Assembly (NCBI GenBank): GCA_965200095.1
Contig: OZ241350.1
Coordinates: 1,912,215 to 1,976,214, forward strand
Length of the DNA: 64,000 bases
From: Alphaproteobacteria bacterium
GTDB taxonomy: Bacteria; Pseudomonadota; Alphaproteobacteria; UBA7887
Direction of reading: 5' to 3'
Part shown: positions 60,087-64,000 of the stretch, in pieces
Numbering within the stretch: position 1 is the first letter of the stretch
Layout: the number at the start of each line of letters is the position of its first letter
Program-made: the position numbers and the translations under genes
The notes under the pieces: model-generated
Seen by the model: the letters and a program-made list of their open reading frames with translations, nothing else
What the model was told of the DNA's origin: nothing
Database searches by the model: none

Positions 60087-61385
60087 TCAGAAATCCTTGA
60101 CGAAATACAGGACGCCGGCGACCGCGAGAACCCACATGGCGGGGTGCGTTTCGCCCGCTTTGCCGGCGGCGGCCTTCGCCGCGATCCAGGCGATGAAGCC
60201 GACGGCGATGCCGGTCGCGATACTGAAGGTGAACGGCATGACGACCGCAACCAGCACCGCGGGGCCGTATTCGCTCGCATCTTCCCAGTCGATGTCCTTG
60301 AGGCCGCGCGCGAAGGAGAGGGCGACGAAGACCAGCGCCGGCGCCGTCGCCCAGGCCGGCACGGCCTTCGCGAAAGGCGCCAGGAAGAGGCACAGGAGGA
60401 ACAGGCCGGCGCAGGCGAGCGCGGTCAATCCCGTGCGCCCGCCCTCGCGCACGCCCGCGCCGCTTTCGATATAGCTCGTCGTCGAGCTCGTCCCGAGCAG
60501 CGCGCCTGCCGTCGTCGCGACCGAGTCGGCGAACACCGCGCGCCGGATCCCGTCGATCGAGCCGTCCTCCCGGGTCTTTCCCGCCAGCCCGCCGACGGCG
60601 GTCAGGGTCCCCGCAGTATCGAAAAAGTCCACGAACAGGAACGTCAGCACCACGACGACAAGACCGAGCTCGAACACCGCGCCGAGATCGAGCGCGAGGA
60701 AGGTCGGCGCAACGCTCGGAGGCAGCCACTCGCCGCCGCCCCACGTCGTTTCGCCCACGATCAGGCCGAAGACGGTAAGCGCGACGATGGCGATCACGAT
60801 GGCGCCCGGAACCCGTCGCGCGTCGAGCATGAGTATCGCGACGAAACCCAGGCAGGCGAGGGCCGCCGCGGAAGAGGTGAGGTCGCCGAGCGCCACCAGG
60901 GTGGCCGGGTTGTCGACCACGATCCCCGCGTTCTTCAGACCGATGAGCGCCAGGAAGAAGCCGATCCCCGCGGCGATGCCCAGGCGCAGACTCATCGGCA
61001 TGGCTTCGATGAGCCACCGGCGCAGCCCGCTCGCGCTCAGGGCGATGAACAGCACGCCCGAACAGAACACCGCGCCCAGAGCCGCCTGCCAGGTGTAGCC
61101 CATGCCGAGGACCACGCCGTATGCGAAGAAGGCGTTCAGCCCCATCCCCGGCGCCAGCGCCACCGGCCAATTCGCCAGCAGGCCCATAAGCGCCGTGGCG
61201 AGCGCGGCGATCAGGACGGTCGCCGTGAACACGGCTCCGAAATCCATACCCGCCGCCGACAGGATGCCCGGATTGACGACGACGATATAGGCCATCGTCA
61301 GGAAGGTGGCCGCGCCGGCGACGAGCTCGCCCCGCACGGTGGCGCCGTTTTCCCTGAGCTTGAACAAGCGGTCGAGAAGTTCCAC
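60087..61385 (-). CDS. NCS2 family purine permease (AzgA-like adenine/guanine/hypoxanthine transporter)
   Basis: MELLDRLFKLRENGATVRGELVAGAATFLTMAYIVVVNPGIL is the characteristic AzgA N-terminus. About 12 TM segments. Confidence 0.8.
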   Translation of the reverse strand: MELLDRLFKLRENGATVRGELVAGAATFLTMAYIVVVNPGILSAAGMDFGAVFTATVLIAALATALMGLLANWPVALAPGMGLNAFFAYGVVLGMGYTWQAALGAVFCSGVLFIALSASGLRRWLIEAMPMSLRLGIAAGIGFFLALIGLKNAGIVVDNPATLVALGDLTSSAAALACLGFVAILMLDARRVPGAIVIAIVALTVFGLIVGETTWGGGEWLPPSVAPTFLALDLGAVFELGLVVVVLTFLFVDFFDTAGTLTAVGGLAGKTREDGSIDGIRRAVFADSVATTAGALLGTSSTTSYIESGAGVREGGRTGLTALACAGLFLLCLFLAPFAKAVPAWATAPALVFVALSFARGLKDIDWEDASEYGPAVLVAVVMPFTFSIATGIAVGFIAWIAAKAAAGKAGETHPAMWVLAVAGVLYFVKDF

Positions 61386-61558
61386 GGTTCGCTCCCCTTG
61401 GAAACGCCGGTTGCCCGAACGGCGACTCTACCCTCCGGCGGCGCCCTTGCGAACCCGCCGCCGTCGCATATCCGCGACGAAAGCGCCGACGGCGGCCGGC
61501 TATTATGATGGCCGGCGTCATGACCGATACCCGCACGAACCCGGCGCGTGAAGCGGCT

Positions 61559-63505
61559 ATGTCCGAGGTGCTTTGGCGCCCCGACGAGGCGCGCGTCGAC
61601 GCCGCGGCGATGACCGCCTTCCGCGCCGCCGTCGAGGCGAGGTGGAGCGTGAGCCTGCCGGACTACGCTGCGTTGCACCGCTGGTCGGTCGCCTGCCGGG
61701 AACGTTTCTGGCTGACGCTGTGGGATTTCTGCGGCGTCGTCGGCGAACGCCGGGGGGAGACCGTTCTGGCCGACCGCGACGCCATGCCGGGGGCGCGCTG
61801 GTTTCCGGACGCGCGCCTGAACTACGCCGAGAACCTCCTGCAACGGCGCGACGGCGGCGACGCCCTGGTGTTTCGGGGCGAGGGGGGCGCGCGGCGACGC
61901 ATGAGCTGGCGCGAGCTGCGCGATTCGGTGTCGCGCGCGGCCCGGGCGCTGCGCGCCCTCGGCGTCGGCCGCGGCGACCGCGTGGCGGCATGTCTCCCGA
62001 ACATGCCGGAAACCGCCGTCGCCATGCTCGCGACATCGAGCATCGGAGCGGTGTGGTCGTCATGCTCTCCGGATTTCGGCGCCCCCGCGGTCCTCGACCG
62101 TTTCGGGCAGATCGCGCCGAAGGCGCTGATCGGATGCGACGGCTACCGCTACAACGGCAAGCGTCACGATGCGCGCGCGCGGCTGGCCGACATCGCCGCC
62201 GCTCTTCCCGGTCGCCCCCCCGTTATCGTCGCCGCTTACGACGAGCCGGAAACGCCGCCCGCCGGCGCGACAACATGGGAAGACTGGCTCGCCCCGTTCG
62301 CCCCCGGCGAGATCGAATTCGACCGCCTGCCGTTCGACCACCCGCTGGCGATCCTGTTCTCCTCCGGGACCACCGGCGCGCCCAAGGGCATCGTGCACAG
62401 CGCCGGCGGCGTGCTGCTCAAGCATCTGTGCGAACACCGCCTGCATGGCGACGTCAACCCGGACGACCGGATGTTCTTCTTCACCACCTGCGGATGGATG
62501 ATGTGGAACTGGCTGCTGAGCGGACTCGCCTCCGGGGCGACGCTGCTGCTCTACGACGGGTCGCCGTTCCATCCCGACGGGAATGTCCTGTTCGACTACG
62601 CCGACGCCGAGGGCATGACCCATTTCGGAACCTCGGCCCGGTTCATCGAGGCGTTGGCGAAGGCGGAGTTGCGGCCCGCCGACACCCACCGACTGGCCGA
62701 GTTGCGGGTTATGTTTTCCACCGGGTCGCCGCTGGCCCCGGCCGGTTTCGATTACATATACGACGCGGTGAAACGCGACCTCTGCGTGGCCTCGATCTCC
62801 GGCGGCACCGACATCGTCGGTTGTTTCGCGCTCGGCAACCCGACCCTTCCCGTGCGGCGCGGGGAGTTGCAATGCCCGGCGCTCGGCATGGCGACCGAGG
62901 TCCGGAACGACGCCGGCGCCGCGGTCGCGGGCGAGAAGGGCGAACTGGTCTGCGCGAAGCCGTTTCCCTCGATGCCGGTCGGCTTCTGGAACGACACCGA
63001 CGGAGCCCGCTACCGCGCCGCCTATTTCGAGCGTTACCCCGGAGTGTGGCGCCACGGCGACTATGCCGAAACCACCGCCGCCGGAGGCCTGATAATTCAC
63101 GGCCGCTCCGACGCGGTGCTGAACCCCGGAGGCGTGAGGATCGGCACGTCGGAAATCTACCGCGAGGTCGAGGCCGTGCCCGAGGTCGTCGAATCCGTCG
63201 TCATCGGCCAGGAGTGGCGAGGCGACGTGCGGGTCGTGCTCTTCGTCGTTCTGCGCGAGGGACTCACGCTCGACGATGCGCTGTCGGCGCGCATTTCAGA
63301 ACGGCTGCGCGTCCACGCCAGCCCGCGGCATGCGCCGTCGAAGATCGTTCAGGTCGCCGCTGTCCCGCGCACGCGCAGCGGCAAGCTCGTGGAGCTCGCG
63401 GTCCGCGATGTCGTCCACGGGCGCCCCGCGGTCAATCGCGGCGCCCTTGAGGATCCGGCGGTCCTCGACCTCTATCGCGACATCCCGGCGCTTTCCGAAG
63501 CGTAA
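61559..63505 (+). CDS. aacS: acetoacetate--CoA ligase (acetoacetyl-CoA synthetase)
   Basis: EVLWRPDEARVDAAAMTAFR and ARWFPDARLNYAENLL N-terminal signatures. AMP-binding motif FSSGTTGAPKGIVHS. The start could also be the upstream ATG at 61505 or 61520. Confidence 0.85.
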   Translation: MSEVLWRPDEARVDAAAMTAFRAAVEARWSVSLPDYAALHRWSVACRERFWLTLWDFCGVVGERRGETVLADRDAMPGARWFPDARLNYAENLLQRRDGGDALVFRGEGGARRRMSWRELRDSVSRAARALRALGVGRGDRVAACLPNMPETAVAMLATSSIGAVWSSCSPDFGAPAVLDRFGQIAPKALIGCDGYRYNGKRHDARARLADIAAALPGRPPVIVAAYDEPETPPAGATTWEDWLAPFAPGEIEFDRLPFDHPLAILFSSGTTGAPKGIVHSAGGVLLKHLCEHRLHGDVNPDDRMFFFTTCGWMMWNWLLSGLASGATLLLYDGSPFHPDGNVLFDYADAEGMTHFGTSARFIEALAKAELRPADTHRLAELRVMFSTGSPLAPAGFDYIYDAVKRDLCVASISGGTDIVGCFALGNPTLPVRRGELQCPALGMATEVRNDAGAAVAGEKGELVCAKPFPSMPVGFWNDTDGARYRAAYFERYPGVWRHGDYAETTAAGGLIIHGRSDAVLNPGGVRIGTSEIYREVEAVPEVVESVVIGQEWRGDVRVVLFVVLREGLTLDDALSARISERLRVHASPRHAPSKIVQVAAVPRTRSGKLVELAVRDVVHGRPAVNRGALEDPAVLDLYRDIPALSEA

Positions 63506-63578
63506 GGCGCGGCGGAAACCGCTGCCCGTCGGTTGCTCCGTCGGGCGAGGGCGCACAGCGCAGCGAGCGAAAAGCGTG

Positions 63579-64000
63579 TCATGAGCGCTCTCCGTGGCGA
63601 AGGTCGGGCCGCAGACCGCGCCAGTTCGTCGGCGGATGCGCGCGCACCGCCTCCTCGTTCACGTCGGCCCCCCAGCCGGGCCCGTCGGGGATTATGAGAT
63701 GTCCGTCTTCGACGACCGGCGGCGCGGTCACCAGATCGTCCTTCCACGGCACATCGTCGATGTCGATCTCCATGATGCGCACATTGGGGAGCGCGGCGCA
63801 GAAATGCGCGCTCATCAGCGTCGACAGGTGCCCATAGAAATTGTGCGGCGCCACGTTGATCTCGTACGCCTCGGCCATGTGCGCGATCTTCACGCTTTCC
63901 GCCAGCCCGTTCCACGGCACGTCGACGATAGCCACGTCCATCGCGCGGTTCTCGAAGAAGGGGCGGAACTGCCGCCGCGTGAACAGCGATTCGCAGCTCG
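63579..64000 (-). CDS. enolase-superfamily (mandelate racemase/muconate lactonizing enzyme-like) protein, C-terminal part; 5' end beyond the window
   Basis: MAEAYEINVAPHNFYGHLSTLMSAHFCAALPNVRIMEID is a typical MR/MLE C-terminal barrel region. The reading frame stays open to position 64000. Confidence 0.6.
   Translation of the reverse strand, partial: SCESLFTRRQFRPFFENRAMDVAIVDVPWNGLAESVKIAHMAEAYEINVAPHNFYGHLSTLMSAHFCAALPNVRIMEIDIDDVPWKDDLVTAPPVVEDGHLIIPDGPGWGADVNEEAVRAHPPTNWRGLRPDLRHGERS

Noticed and set aside
59247-61536. 753-aa (+) and 657-aa (-) ORFs across the HAD-like and NCS2 permease region
   Set aside because: Extremely Arg/Gly/Asp-rich, with no domain signatures. The NCS2 permease frame has a coherent 12-TM hydrophobic pattern.

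Overview
High-GC (~69%) chromosomal window, most likely from an alphaproteobacterium. Supporting this are an alpha-type short ProS, the lolCD-proS and aminotransferase-ftsK-lolA gene orders, and a complete isc operon. Most of the window is housekeeping. There is a partial AMP-ligase at the left edge, an intradiol dioxygenase, and a Fur-family regulator upstream of a rubrerythrin/(Fe-S) CCG protein/DUF3501/VOC oxidative-stress cluster. FtsK and LolA follow, then an amidase, a DraG-like hydrolase, an enoyl-CoA hydratase and an NDP-forming acyl-CoA synthetase. A sigma32/ROSE-controlled hsp20 precedes lolCD, proS, tyrS and anmK. cysE leads into iscR-nifS-iscS-iscU-iscA-hscB-hscA-fdx-iscX, followed by a dehalogenase-like hydrolase and tenA. 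The right end carries an aminotransferase, ridA, an EipB-like gene, dinB, an NCS2 permease, aacS and a partial enolase-superfamily gene. Accessory or unusual content: (1) a stand-alone MmeI-like Type IIG restriction-modification gene next to a transposase remnant and a dense cluster of small palindromic repeats; (2) a tandemly duplicated gene for an N-terminal-TM protein with 11-residue repeats between proS and tyrS; (3) a low-GC islet with a frameshifted ParA-like ATPase and a small AT-hook protein; (4) the most striking locus, at 45.5-57.2 kb. It holds two ~1515-aa secreted proteins with repetitive FN3-like or Calx-beta-like passenger regions and a near-identical ~900-aa C-terminal module ending in an autotransporter-like beta-barrel. 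Each follows a long poly-C homopolymer (C28 upstream of one start, C18 inside the 5' end of the other, apparently phase-OFF by one C). Each is followed convergently by a DUF1640-like coiled-coil/TM protein gene whose 11-mer repeat number varies between copies. An 83-bp MITE with a target-site duplication and an ISAs1-like transposase fragment lie within the locus.
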